A stretch of DNA of 63,496 bases, the filler included, from Chiloscyllium plagiosum (Eukaryota), in assembly GCF_004010195.1 (NCBI RefSeq). It is 6 parts of one record of this genome, joined end to end, with 100 filler letters (N's around TTAATTAATTAA, not from the genome) between each part and the next. Parts side by side here need not be neighbours in the genome. Positions count along the whole stretch, not along the records: positions 24,590 to 38,726 come from NC_057717.1; positions 38,827 to 48,955 come from NC_057717.1; 4 more parts are not named here. One strand, written 5' to 3'. The stretch's first letter is position 1, and the number at the start of each line of letters is the position of its first letter. The notes beneath the pieces were generated by a model that saw only the letters and a program-made list of their open reading frames with translations, was not told the DNA's origin and ran no database searches. Position numbers and translations under genes: made by a program. Below are positions 37,101-48,955 of this stretch, piece by piece.

Positions 37101-37830
37101 TGTGATGCGTGTTTGGAATGAGCTTAGAGAGAAAGTAACGGAGACTTATACCATGAAAACATTTAAAAGGTATCTGGATAGGTATATGAATTGTAATGGT
37201 TTAGAGGTACATGAGCCAAGTGCTGGTTAATCTGGTCGATTTAGTTAGATCTTCTAGACAGAATGGATGATTTGGGGCGAAAGGTCTGTTTCCATGCTGT
37301 ATATCTGCATGACTTGAAAAGAGTGCATCTTATAGAAGAGGTGGTGCTGGAAGTTTTAAACCACAAAGGCATGGAAAGACCCAATACTTGATTAAGTGTA
37401 TGACAGAACATTGTGCGATGCGAGGGAAGAAATTGTGGAGCCCCTAGCAAAGGGATTTGTACCACTGACAGCCATGTGTGATGTACTGGAAAGCTGGAGG
37501 GTGACATAGTGGACAGTGAAGGAGGTTTGCTAAGATTACAAAGGGATCTTGATGGTATTGGTGAATGGGCTGAAAACCTGTGGATTGATTTCAATCTGAA
37601 TAAATGCGAGTATTGCATTTGACAAAACAAATAAGGGTAGACCTTATACAATTAATGTTGGGGCTCGGTTAGTGTTTTAGAGAAGAGGGAACTCCGGGTT
37701 CAGGTATATAATTATTGAAGTTGGCATCACAGGATGGATAAGACAGTGCTTGGCATGTTTGACTATTGCTTAGTCTATTGAGTGGAGGATCTGGGACGTC
37801 ATGTTGAGATTGTACAGACATTGGCCATAT
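34180..37830 (+). mobile_element. Cluster of degenerate CR1 LINE fragments covering endonuclease, tether, RT and 3' end
   Basis: DELKAWIGTWEWDIIAITDT (APE start, ~35650), DWRIANLVPLFKK..RDRPGNYR (~34770), SRFADD (~35255), LISLERRRLRGD..ELY..RGMDWVN.QGLFP (~36910) and a 3' tail at ~37270-37310. Confidence 0.8.
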
Positions 37831-37859
37831 TTGCCTGACACCAGATTGTAAACTGGCAG

Positions 37860-38050
37860 ACAGTGAGGTCTGCCAATGTTGTAGAGACAGAGTCGATACA
37901 TTCTTCCCTTGGAAGAAGCACAGCAGGTCAGGCAGCATCCGATGAAGAGACGAATTGAAGTTTCAAGCAGAATCCTTCATCAGTCGACTCTATTCCTCCT
38001 TGGATGCTGCCTTATAGATTTTTTTTTCCTGTAGCACATTTTATCGACCT
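37860..38050. mobile_element. Decayed Penelope-like terminal repeat with inverted structure
   Basis: CAGCAGGTCAGGCAGCATCC...CCTTCATCAG-TCGACTCT...GGATGCTGCC. Same family and layout as 40917-41109. Confidence 0.55.
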
Positions 38051-38829
38051 GTTTATAAACTGCATTAATTAACTTTGTCCAAATTTGTTTTGGTTTGCTT
38101 TCCCAACAAATCCCAATTCATCATCATGAACTGACCACAGTGACCCTGCAAAGGCGCGTTGTCCATTAAATTCTTAATTATAGGTTCTCACCCATTTACT
38201 CAAAAATGTTCCGAAGCCATCCATTTACTCTCTTTGGTTGGTGGAAACCTTTTTTTTTAAATCTCCATGGAAGTATTAGATATTCTGCTTTGACATAAAT
38301 GCTACCAGCTGGTGTGATGATGAAATAAATTACAGATTTCATCGAAATAAGTAAAATGCTGGTAATAACGACAGAAGCAGTAATAAATCTGACATCCTGA
38401 GTCACTGAGCTGTGTACATTTCGGAACAGATCCCCTCCTCCACACTCGTCTGACTACCCTGTTACTTCTCAAAATTAAACACTCCATAAAATTTAATCTC
38501 TTTTAATATTTCTTTCCTTACCCAGCGAGTTTTGAGAATATTTGTTGTTACTCTCGTCTGACGTACCTTCAATGGGTCAACTTTAACTCTATTTAACTTA
38601 ATATGATAAAAGTTGTTTTCTGTATTTATCTAGCGACATAGAGTCGTAAAACATGGAAACAGACCCTGATTTCCAACCATCCATGCTAACCAGGTATCCT
38701 AGTCTGATCTCATTCCATTTACCAGCNNNNNNNNNNNNNNNNNNNNNNNNNNNNNNNNNNNNNNNNNNNNTTAATTAATTAANNNNNNNNNNNNNNNNNN
38801 NNNNNNNNNNNNNNNNNNNNNNNNNNGTA

Positions 38830-40100
38830 GATTTGTGAATTGGGATTCAGATTTGAGAATCAGACTGGTTTGGAGAACAATAGTGAAGGAATGAGTGCAA
38901 TACATTTCGCTTCTTAGAAAGTTTTTGATTAAGTCCCAAAACCTGTGTAAAGTCAAACCTTATTGGATTGCGGGTAATATATGGCCTTGGTTTTAAAATG
39001 TGCGAGCTGGCAGGAAACATTAAGTATGAATAAAACAATGTTTCTTCACAGTGGAAGGCGCGGGGGATATAAAAGTGTTCAGTGCTTGGCCCCAGATCTT
39101 TCCCACATATCAAGCCTGCTTAAGGCTTGTAACGATGTTGATTATCAGTTGGTGAGGTGGATGTTAAAAACCTATAAAGTGATACAATGAAGTGTAGTGA
39201 ATGGGCAAACACGTGGCTGATGAAGAGCAATGTGGTTACTTGTGACATTGTGCAATTTGGAGGGAGAAAGTAAAACATCAGCCTGCTATTTGAAGAGGGA
39301 AATGTTGATAATTAAAGGGACTTATGCTGTAGATTTTGTTTCTTACTGTGCAGCTCTCCGAGTTCCATGCAGGGCAGTTGCTCAGAATCCAGGCGTCAGT
39401 ACTGGGACTGGCTTTGGAATTCTGACCAGTGTACACAGCCCTACCAAATCGTTAGCTGTAACATTGACAAGGATCTGGATCTACTTGTACATCAGTCACT
39501 GAAAGCGACATTGTCGGAGCAGAAAGCAATCCGGAAGATAAATATTGTGTTGACAATGATTGCAAGGGGATTTGAGACCAGTAGTAAGAGGGGCTTTGTG
39601 CAGCTGTGCAAGGCCGCTGTGACATCCCATCGCGAACATTGTCCAGGACCGTGTGTGTTTTCTTGTCTCCTTACCTAATACAGGATAAACCTGGCATTGA
39701 GGAAGTACAGCGAAGGATGACCGTACTGATCTCTGGGATGCCAGGCTTGTTGTGGGAACAGAGTTTGGGGCGAGTGCACCTGTGTCCCATGGACTTTAGG
39801 AAAATGAGTGGAGATCTTAGTTAAATATATAAAACTCTGACAGGATGACAGGGGAGGGTGGGACCTCCAAAACAAGGGGCCACAGTATAAGGTACAAACA
39901 TGCCACTCTGCATTGAGATGACAATAAATGTTTGCTCTCAGAAACTGATAAAGCTGGGTAATTTATTCCCATGTAAGGCTGTGGAAGATAAGACACTGAA
40001 TATGAATACTGATGTCCAGACACGAAAGCCGATAGAAGTGACGCAGCACTTCGTTGTGAAGATCAAGAGTCAGACATCATTGTATTGAATTTGTGAACAA
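38830..40100 (+). mobile_element. Degenerate CR1 ORF2 and 3' fragments
   Basis: MIARGFE..SKR.FVQLCKAAVTSHREHC, IEEVQRRMT.LISGMPGL, FRKMSGDL. Confidence 0.7.
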
Positions 40101-40459
40101 AACGATGGATTGAAGGGACTACTGAGGTTAATAATTAATATTGTTCCAAAAGTCAGTCACAATTATGGATAAGTCCATTATGTGCGAGAAGTACATAATG
40201 GAGTTATTCAGCCATGAACTAGAATGTGTTCAGGTCAATGTGTGGAATCGGGAACTCATTTCCTGATGTTTCTGTGCAGGCCGTGTGAAAACTCTGTAAA
40301 TGTTGTCGCCAGCTGTCCGTTGGTAGGAAGGAGGTGTCTGCAGGTTCGACAGTACTGTATTTCCTGTTCCTTTTTCAATATAGAGACACGTGTCGGGTGT
40401 TCTGTGCATGTTCATTCTTTCTTTAAGATCTTAAAACAGTTTGATGCAATTGTGTGTCT

Positions 40460-40720
40460 TGCTTGGCCGTTTCAGAGAACATTGAAGAGTGTATCAAATG
40501 CCTATGTGTTTGGAGTCATCTTCTCTAGGCCAGATCAGGAAAGCACGGGAGATTTGTTTCCTGGAAGTAAATTGGAGAAGCAAATTGGTGCTTACAATCA
40601 ACTTTGGTTTCAAGGTCACAATCATGGAAACAAGATTTTACAGCTCGATATTCTTTCAGTTGTTCCAAACTTGCATCAGCTGGCAAAGATTTAGCTACAT
40701 CTGGATTAATAATCCAGTGA
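40460..40720 (-). mobile_element. Possible degenerate DeuSINE-like element
   Basis: TTGGAGTCATCTTCTCTAGGCCAGATCAGGAAAGCACGGGAGATTTGTTTCCTGGAAG resembles the reverse complement of the shark DeuSINE core as I recall it. Heavily diverged. Confidence 0.4.
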
Positions 40721-40916
40721 CATTTCCACAACAGCACCATCTTTTCCAACGGGGCCTATTGGAAAGCATAATGAGCAGGCTATTTCAGTGCTGCTTGACA
40801 GCTCTGTCCAAAATAACTCCAGCCATTTTGATTATTGTGATTGATCTGAGGGCGTGGTAATTTGTAATTATTCTCCTTTTAGGGGACTGGACATAATTGA
40901 GTAATATTCTACAGTG

Positions 40917-41109
40917 GAGAAAGTGAGGTCTGCAGATGCTGGAGATCAGAGCTGGAAATGTGTTGCTGGAAAAGCGCAGCAGGTCAGGCAGCATCCGGGG
41001 AACAGGAGAATCGACGTTTCGGGAAGGGGTTATGCCCGAAACGTCGATTCTCCTGTTCTCTGGATGCTGCCTGACCTGCTGCGCTTTTCCAGCAACACAT
41101 TTCCAACGC
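40917..41109. mobile_element. Penelope-like inverted terminal-repeat insertion with a 15-bp target-site duplication
   Basis: TAATATTCTACAGTG at 40902-40916 and 41110-41124. Near-perfect ~71-bp inverted repeat at 40953-41023 / 41035-41105. Confidence 0.88.
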
Positions 41110-41919
41110 TAATATTCTACAGTGTCAGATAGATGTGAGAGTTGGAGCTGGAATGAAACACTTTGCACAGGTATACGACATGCTGTGCAGCACAACTCTT
41201 CAGTCCTATTGCAGGAAAGGTGTCAGGGTCCATCGCTTTTGTCATATCTATTGAGTTCAGCTACTTCCTCATGCCACGCACAGTGAATCGAATAGATTAA
41301 AGACTGGCATATCTGATTCTGTGGGCATCGGGAAGAGGGTAAGGTGGATCAACTAACCAACACTTCTGGCTAAACATGGTGCAGAGACTACATCGTTGAC
41401 ATTTACACTGATCTGCATGGCTGTTCCAGTATTCATGATGAGTATATTTGTGGCGCTCTCTCCTCCAGTGAGTTGTTTATCCATCCATAACCTTTTATGA
41501 CTGATTGTGACAGAACTGCATAATTTGGATCTGATCTATTGGTCATGGGGTAATTTCACCCTCTCTATCAAATGTTAGTCCTGCTGTTTGGAATGTAACC
41601 GGCCAAGTGCGGTATCTTTACTGGTTTGCAATCAGGTTTAGGTACACATGTTTCTGACCCTGACATGTTCACCCAGAGTCGTCACTGAACCTAAATTGGT
41701 GGTTGGTGATAGCAGACCGAGGGATTATCTCGGAGGAAAAAGTTACAGACTGTGGTTGAATACAATTCTGCTTCCGCTACAGCTGTGATCTACAGCACCG
41801 CATCACTGTCAGGATTATTACATTTAAGGAAGTACGGAGAGCTAAAGCATTGAAAGCATTTACAGATTGTTTGACTTGGTGTTTAATTAAGTGCAATGAG
41901 GAATTAGTGATGAAAGATG

Positions 41920-43330
41920 ACTCATAGAGTCATAGACTCTTAGAGTCATACAATATGCAAATCGACCCTTTGGGCCAAATCGTCCATGCTCACCAGGTTT
42001 CCTAAACAGAACTAGTCCTACATTTCTTCTTTAGGCACATGTCCCCCAAAACCTTTCCTACTCAGGTACCCATCCCATTTTCTTTTAAACGTTGTAATTG
42101 TACTCGTCATTACAACTTTGTTGGACAGCTCATTACATTTACAGACAACCCTCAGTGAGAAACACCTTCCCACTCCATCCCATATAAATCTCTTCCCTCT
42201 CACATCCAACTTATATTCTCTGATATTGGACATCCCCAACTTGGGACAATGACATTGGCTATTCATGCTGTCCATGCCCCTAATGATATGATAAATGTCT
42301 AAAATATTCTACGCAAAAGGAAATCAAAACAACCTAGCCATATATCTCAATACTTCTAGTCTCCATCACGTCATTGTCAATATTTTTGTCCGCTGTCTAG
42401 TTTATAACATAGTTCCGACAGCAGAGTGGCAAGAAACGTAATCAGTAATCAAACTCTGGCCTTATCATTCTCTTGAACTGCCTCAAAATGATAGATGTAT
42501 TCCTGTATTCAATACCCTGATCGATGAAGGTAAACTTGCCTAACGCCTTCTACACAACACTGCCTACTTCAGACTCCACTTTCAACGAACTATGTACTTG
42601 GACTCCTGCGTCTCCCTGTTCAAAGACATTCTTAACGGCCCCATCTTTAACTGTGTAAATCCTGTTCTGTTTTGTCTCACAAAATGCAACACATTGTATT
42701 TATCCGCATGAATTCCATCTGCCAGTCCTTGGACCAATGGTCCAGTTCATCACAATATTATTTTTCTCTTAGTTAACGTTTTTCTCTGTCCATTGGAAAC
42801 CAATCTTGGTTTCGTCTACAAACTGACTCGACATGCTTCTTTATTCTCTTCCAAGCCATTTGCGAAAGCAATGAACACTAGCAGCCTGGTTCGGTGGCAC
42901 ACCGCTGGTCACAGGTCACCAGTTGGAACAACAAATCTCTGCAACCACCCGCTATTGTCTCCTATCGTCAAGCCAATATTTCTTATCTAATTGACTATCT
43001 CGCCCTGATCTCCTGTGATCTAACCTTATTAACATGTTACCATGCAGAGTTTTGTGGGGCTCACTAAGGTCGATGAAGACGACGTATGCTGCTTTACCTT
43101 CATATGTCGTTTTGGTCTTGAATAATTGCAGTCTAGTTTGTGAGACACTTCTTTCCACGTACAAAGCCGTGCTGACTACCCATATTCAATCCTTGCCTTT
43201 CCAAATGATATAAATCCTGTCTCTCAGAATCTCCTCCAAACATTTACACATTCTTAACATCAAAATCACCGGACAGTACCTCCCTGACTTGTCCTTGTTG
43301 TGTTCCAGTCCTCTAACATTTCACATGTGG
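41920..43330 (-). mobile_element. Degenerate CR1 LINE, RT to 3' tail
   Basis: (CATAGAGT)n tail at ~41922-41950. Minus-strand FSLRVVCKCNELSNKVV..TITTFKRKWDGYL and EGKAAYVVFIDLS. Confidence 0.78.
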
Positions 43331-43808
43331 CTGTTGATAGTACATATAAAACAATGAAAAAAACTTGCTGATCCTTCAAATAAGAAAGGAAGATAAAAGT
43401 TGCTGGGAAAGCTCAACAGGTATGAAGGTATCCGTGCAGAGAAAACAGAGTTAAAGTTTCAGTCCAATGACACTTTGTCAGAATCCGAAGGAATGATACA
43501 AATATTTCAGACATGGGCCATACGGTTTCTTTCCTGTCTTCCCGCAATGATCTGGGCTACCATTGAGCATTTCCTGGGACGTTATCTAAATTTATACACT
43601 TAATGACATCCCACACTCCATCTTCTGTAATGTGGTCTCGTTTCAAAACATTCGTCCTCATGTGACAATATACCTATTAAACCCAATTCATCTCCTGTGA
43701 TGCACACATAGATGGCACTTTGATTTTTAAGTAGCCCTTATGATTGTGTGTGTCTGCGTGTGCATGTCTGTTTCTGTGTTTGGGTCTGTGCGCTTTAGTG
43801 TGTAAAGA

Positions 43809-43995
43809 TTACATTAGATTCCAGACAGTGTGGAAACAGACCACAGCCTTCAGTCCAACAAGTCGACAACGACCCTTCGAAGAGCAACCCACCCAGATCC
43901 ATTCCCATACATTCACCCTTGGGCTGCTCTTCGAAAGGTTGCTGTGGACTTGTTGGGCCGAAGGGCCTGATTCCACGCTGTAAGTAATTATAATC
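43809..43995. mobile_element. Two HE1/CR1 3'-tail fragments in inverted arrangement
   Basis: Minus piece 43809-43915 (CAGTGTGGAAACAG...CCAACAAGTC...CGAAGAGCAACCC) faces plus piece 43921-43995 (GGGCTGCTCTTCG...GACTTGTTGGGCCGAAGGGCCTG). Confidence 0.7.
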
Positions 43996-44574
43996 AATTC
44001 ATCTAACGTGCACATCTTTGCTGCTTTGTGTTGAATGGACAGCTCCTCTGGGTTTATTGCATCTGGGCTATTCCTGTGAGGTGGATTGGGAATGTGATAA
44101 GATTAACCATTAAAGCTGATCTGTCATTGCATTTATTTCTCCTTTCTCCATTGGACCCTGCATCTTTCACTCGATTAATGTTGCAGTCGCCCATTCACAG
44201 TACAACAATTTCGGGCATAGCCACTATTCTAGCAGCAGCCACAGCCGCTTCATTCATTAGCCATCAGCCATTCCCATCATCTTCGGGTCTCCATGGAGGA
44301 AGAAAAGCCAGCCTCTCGAATAAAGGCCGTCCCCTTGTTAGACGGCTCAAAACACATTTCCCCTTCCCAATCCCAACCATCAACCAACAACATGAAAATA
44401 TCCCGTGTGCACAGAAAGCAACGGGGCAGTGGCATCGTCAGGGAGCAGACCATCAGGGAGATGGAACAACACGTCTGATGATTGAAACGTTCAGAGTAAA
44501 CTCTCGAGTATACACTGTATCAGAATGTCATTTGTGATGCGGGTCTTTATGAAACGATCACATTGCGTACTCGA

Positions 44575-45030
44575 CAAGCCCCGGAACATTCTATACCCGG
44601 CATTCCCTGGGCATTCTATAATCAATATTTCCAGTAACATTCTGGATTCGACATTCCCTGGAAAATTCAATAACTGACATTCCAAAGAACATTATGTATG
44701 CGACATTTTCTGGAGCATTATTTAACTAATATTCACCGGAACATTATGTAGCCGTCACTCTCCGGAACATTATATATCCAACATTCTCTGGAACATTCTA
44801 TAACTACATTCTCTGGAACATTCTGGATAAGACATTTCTAGGAACATTCTATTACTGCCATTTCCCGTACTATTCTATAACTGCCATTGTCTGGAACATT
44901 CTATAACGGATACACCCTGGAACATTCCACAACTAACATAATCCAGAATATTCCATACCCGACATGACACCAAACATTCTGTTAATTACATTCTTTAGAG
45001 TATTCTCCAGAACATTCTATCCCTGACAGT
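44575..45030 (+). repeat. ~26-bp degenerate minisatellite (CTGGAACATTCTATAACCGACATTCC-like)
   Basis: GGAACATTCT and CGACATT recur at ~25-27-nt spacing. Confidence 0.85.
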
Positions 45031-45587
45031 ATTTGTGAATGACCAGGCGTCAGTGATGGGAAAAAATGCAAGATGCTGAAGGAAGATATCCTGTTCCACG
45101 GAGAAGGAGACACTGTGCCGTAGGTCCCTCAGGCAGGTGAAGTGGTGAATATGTTTTCCTGACGTTTACATTTCGTCACAACACAGAATCGATCATAATG
45201 TAGGTTGAAAAACAGAAATTTGCTAACTCTGTTGTCTTCAATGAGTTGGCGGAGAATATTTCAGGACATCAACCTTTTCATCCTGCATATGAAGAAGTGG
45301 AAACACGTGACCTGTGCCTGTTGTCGAGTAATCCAATGTGTGGGAATGCTCTCGAAACCATTTGTTCTTATGGATATGTCGCTGTGTGTTCGAATTGGAA
45401 GGGTACTTGTGTTTTATGACATATTTTTGACAGCAATTCAGAACTTCCTTTTTGTTATTCCAGCTCTAATTATTTGAATACATCTCTGAAGACAGTGACA
45501 TATTTGAAAATCTCAATGCGTGTTCCATTACACTGGTCACTTTGCCTCCAGGCTCATGTATAATGCGTTTGCTTTCCTTCCTCACAG

Positions 45588-46311
45588 TTAACATGTTGAC
45601 GATCTACGTCCTGCTTTATAAAGATTGTGGATTGTCTCCATGTGTCAGACGTTATCTGGGAGCCATGGCGGCGGCGGATCTACTGGTTATTATCCTCGAC
45701 TTGATATTTAGCAACATTCCCATTGTTTATCCGGGACAGTTTTATTTTCTCATTTCCATCCGCGTGTGTAATATCCACGCCAGTCTGCTTTGTGCAGCCA
45801 CTGACTGTTCTGTCTGGTTCACTGTCACTTTNNNNNNNNNNNNNNNNNNNNNNNNNNNNNNNNNNNNNNNNNNNNNNNNNNNNNNNNNNNNNNNNNNNTA
45901 CCATTTCTTCTGATTCTGCTGCTCAATGTTTTCACCGTCAGACACATTTTAGTAACGAGCAGAGCCCGCAGGAGACTCCGGGCTCATACCATTGGGGACG
46001 CTCAGTCTGACACAGAAATGAGCAATCGGAGAAAATCCATAATTTTACTGTTTGTGATATCGGTCAATTTTATCCTGCTTTGGTCAACGCACATGATGTT
46101 TTTTATGTGGCACCGGATGGCGTGGACTGGGTTTGTGAAGAGTTTTCCACAGAGCTTTGTGCAGGAGTTAGGCTTCATGCTGCAGCTCCTCAGTTGCTGC
46201 ACAAACACCATGATTTATGCCGTGACCCAGACTAAGTTCAGACGGCAGCTGAAGAACGTGCTGAAATATCCCTTTATCCAAATTCATCAATCAATTAAAT
46301 TCACTCATTAA
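45588..46311 (+). CDS. GPR139/GPR142-like class A orphan GPCR, main coding exon (TM1 end to C-terminus); middle part hidden by gap 45832-45898
   Basis: Acceptor TTCCTTCCTCACAG|, then VNMLTIYVLLYKDCGLSPCVRRYLGAMAAADLLVIILDLIF...VCNIHASLLCAATDCSVWFTVT [gap] PFLLILLLNVFTVRHILVTSRARRRLR...EMSNRRKSIILLFVISVNFILLWST...GFMLQLLSCCTNTMIYAVTQTKFRRQLKNVLKYPF..*. No stop or frameshift in either sequenced part. Confidence 0.88.
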
Positions 46312-47089
46312 TCAATCCATCTGGGGTCTTCTCATTTCAGTCGAAGTTTTCAGCGAAGAAGCAGCGAAGAAGCTCTTACTGTGGTAAGAGACTGAGGGAA
46401 GCGTTGGTTTGTCCAAGCTTATCCCACATTGTGTTAGCGAGACACATTTTAATGTTCATTTCAGCTCGGGTGCCACTGACAAAAGGCAATATCCTACTGG
46501 AAGTATCGAACATTTCAATTTGTTTACAATTAAAATGTTTATCAGAAAGTGCTGAGCCACAGAGTGAACAACGTTATTGTTTGTCTTTGTGTTGAAGAAG
46601 CTGAGCTGGAGAGTGACACATTTAGGCTCCAATCCTAGTTCACAAGGAAGTGCAGGGGACCGGGGAATAAGCTCACAGTTTAAGTAACTCTGTCCTTGCT
46701 TTCACCTCACCAACCTCGACGTCGGCGAAATTCATCTCTCTCCATTTGACACTCTCCCTCCATATTTCGCCCGACTCTCAAACTGCGGCTCTGCCTCTGC
46801 AGTCGCAGCTCAGATTTGCACACTCAATTTCACTGTCCCTCCCTTCACAATTCTCCATCACATTCTTTCCGTACTGAACTCAATACCCACTAAACTCACT
46901 CTCTCAAATCCTTCTTTCCTTGAATCCTCTCCCACCTTAATTTGCTGTGGCAACAGATGAGGCCTTTGGATCTTCAGTACGGTGTTCCGGGAAAAGATAT
47001 TGATTCGGTGCTTCTGGTGTTTGCTAGGATAACAGACTAGAGCTTGGGCCAAACGCCGTTGCTCGTGGCAAAAGTGGGTGTGAGAACAT

Positions 47090-48955
47090 TAGTCATTATG
47101 ATGGGGTAAGTGAGCGAGCGGGAGCATAGGCTGTGGCTGGGGTTAAAGTGTGGAAGATTGACACAAGGCTATTGCACACGGAACAGACTGTGTGTGACAC
47201 AAAGTCTGTTAAACAGGGAAGAATGTGTGGATGTGGTCAAAGACCATTTCTTGTGAATGAACTGAGCCGGGTGTCACAGGCTTATTCTCAGCATAAGGTG
47301 TGCACGGTACAGTGAGCATAACAGTGGTGGTATGTCTGGGGGAGTGAGCGGTACAGACGGGGAGCGTAGGGGCTAGTGATTGTGACGGTGAGGGAGTAGG
47401 CCGGATAGTGAACAGGATAGTGGGATAGTGTGGGCTAGTGGCCATGGCAGTGGTGGAGTGTGCGATGGTGCGAGTGTGACAGTGGGGAAGTGTGCGAGAA
47501 AGGGAGCGTGATGGCGAGGAAGCGCGTGGGAGACTGAGCATGACGTGTGTATGCAGGGGTGTGAGGTGATGGTGAGGTCGTAAGCGGGGAGTGATCATTA
47601 TATTGGGGGAGTGTCGGAGTGCGTTAGTGGTGGTGTGATCGTGTGCGGGGTATTGAGCGTGACAGAGGGGAAGTGAGCATGATGGTGCGGAGTGTGGGGA
47701 CATTGAGTGTGATGGCGGGAAGAGACAGTCAGAGTGAATGTAATGGTGGCGAGTGAGGAGGTAGTGAGCGTGACGATGGGGGAGTTTCCGGGACTGACAG
47801 CAACTTTGGGAGCGTGAGCAGGTAAGTGATAGTGACGGGGATACTGCGTAGGCAAAAGTACATTATGGTGGAGGGGTCTGCCGGGGAATATGCATGCCAG
47901 TGGGGGAGAATGCAGGGCTGAGAGTGGAGAGTGCGAAAATTGTCCAAATATGTGTGTGACGGAAGGGGTGCGCGTGGCGGGGAGTATTTTTGTTGGTTGG
48001 TTGAGCTGGGGAGTGGGCGTGACAGTGGAGGAGTATGACAGAGTGAGTGTGACAATGTTTGCGTGTGTAGGGGACTACGTGTGATGGTGGGTAAGTGGGC
48101 GGGGAGTTTGTGTGATGGTGGGAGTGTGAGCGGGTCAGTGATCAATGCAACGTGGGAGTGCGTGTGATACTTAGCATGATGGTGGGGGAGTGTGTGGGGC
48201 AGTAAGAGTGACGGTGAGAGAAAGTGCGGGGAAACAAGTGTGGTGTTGGGGACTTGTGTGGTGGTGTGTGTGTGATAATGCAGACTGTGCGAGAGAGTGA
48301 GTGTAACAGAGGGAGAGTGCGTGGAGGAGTTAGTGTGATGGTGATTGAGTGTGCAGGCGTGTGTGTGCGGAGGGACTGACTGTGAGTGAGCGGGGGAGTG
48401 AGCGGGGGAGTGTTCTCAATTATTGGACAGTGTGTGGACAAAGTGAGGGTGCAGATGTCAGGAAGATGGAGTGAGTGAGAAGTGGTTAGAATGACAGGGG
48501 TGGAGTGAGTGTGAGCGGGACAGGATGACTGAGTGAGCGTGATGGGGTCTGGAAGACGCTGACAGAGTGAGTGTGAGTGAGATGACAGTGAGAGAGTGAG
48601 TGTGAATATGGAAGGGTGATGGTGACGGAGTGAATATAATGGGCACAGGGTGGTTGTGATGGAGTGAGTATGAAGGGTGTTAGGTTGACAGTAACAGAGT
48701 GAGTGTGAGGGGGTCAGCGAGATGATGATGGAGTGAGTGACGGTGGTTAGAGTGATGGTGAGGGAATGCGAATGTGGGGGGCACAGTGACGGTGAGAGGG
48801 TGAGTTTGAGTACGAGGTGTTTCTGGGAGCTTCAGGGTAATGGTGAAGCAGTGAAAGTGAGGGTCTCAAGGTGACGGTGAGCGATTATGTAAGGCGTTTA
48901 GGGTAACAATGTTGGAATGACTGTGAGGGCGTAAGGGAGACTGTGATGGAGTGAG
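47090..48955. repeat. G/T-rich low-complexity, degenerate tandem repeat
   Basis: Recurrent GAGTGAGTGTGA and GGTGACGGTGA motifs with strong G-over-C strand skew. The Pro/His/Thr-rich minus ORFs are compositional. Confidence 0.75.

Noticed and set aside
47209..48646. Pro/His/Thr-rich extensin- or mucin-like ORFs on the minus strand
   Set aside because: A compositional artefact of G/T-rich low-complexity DNA, with overlapping frames and frequent stops.
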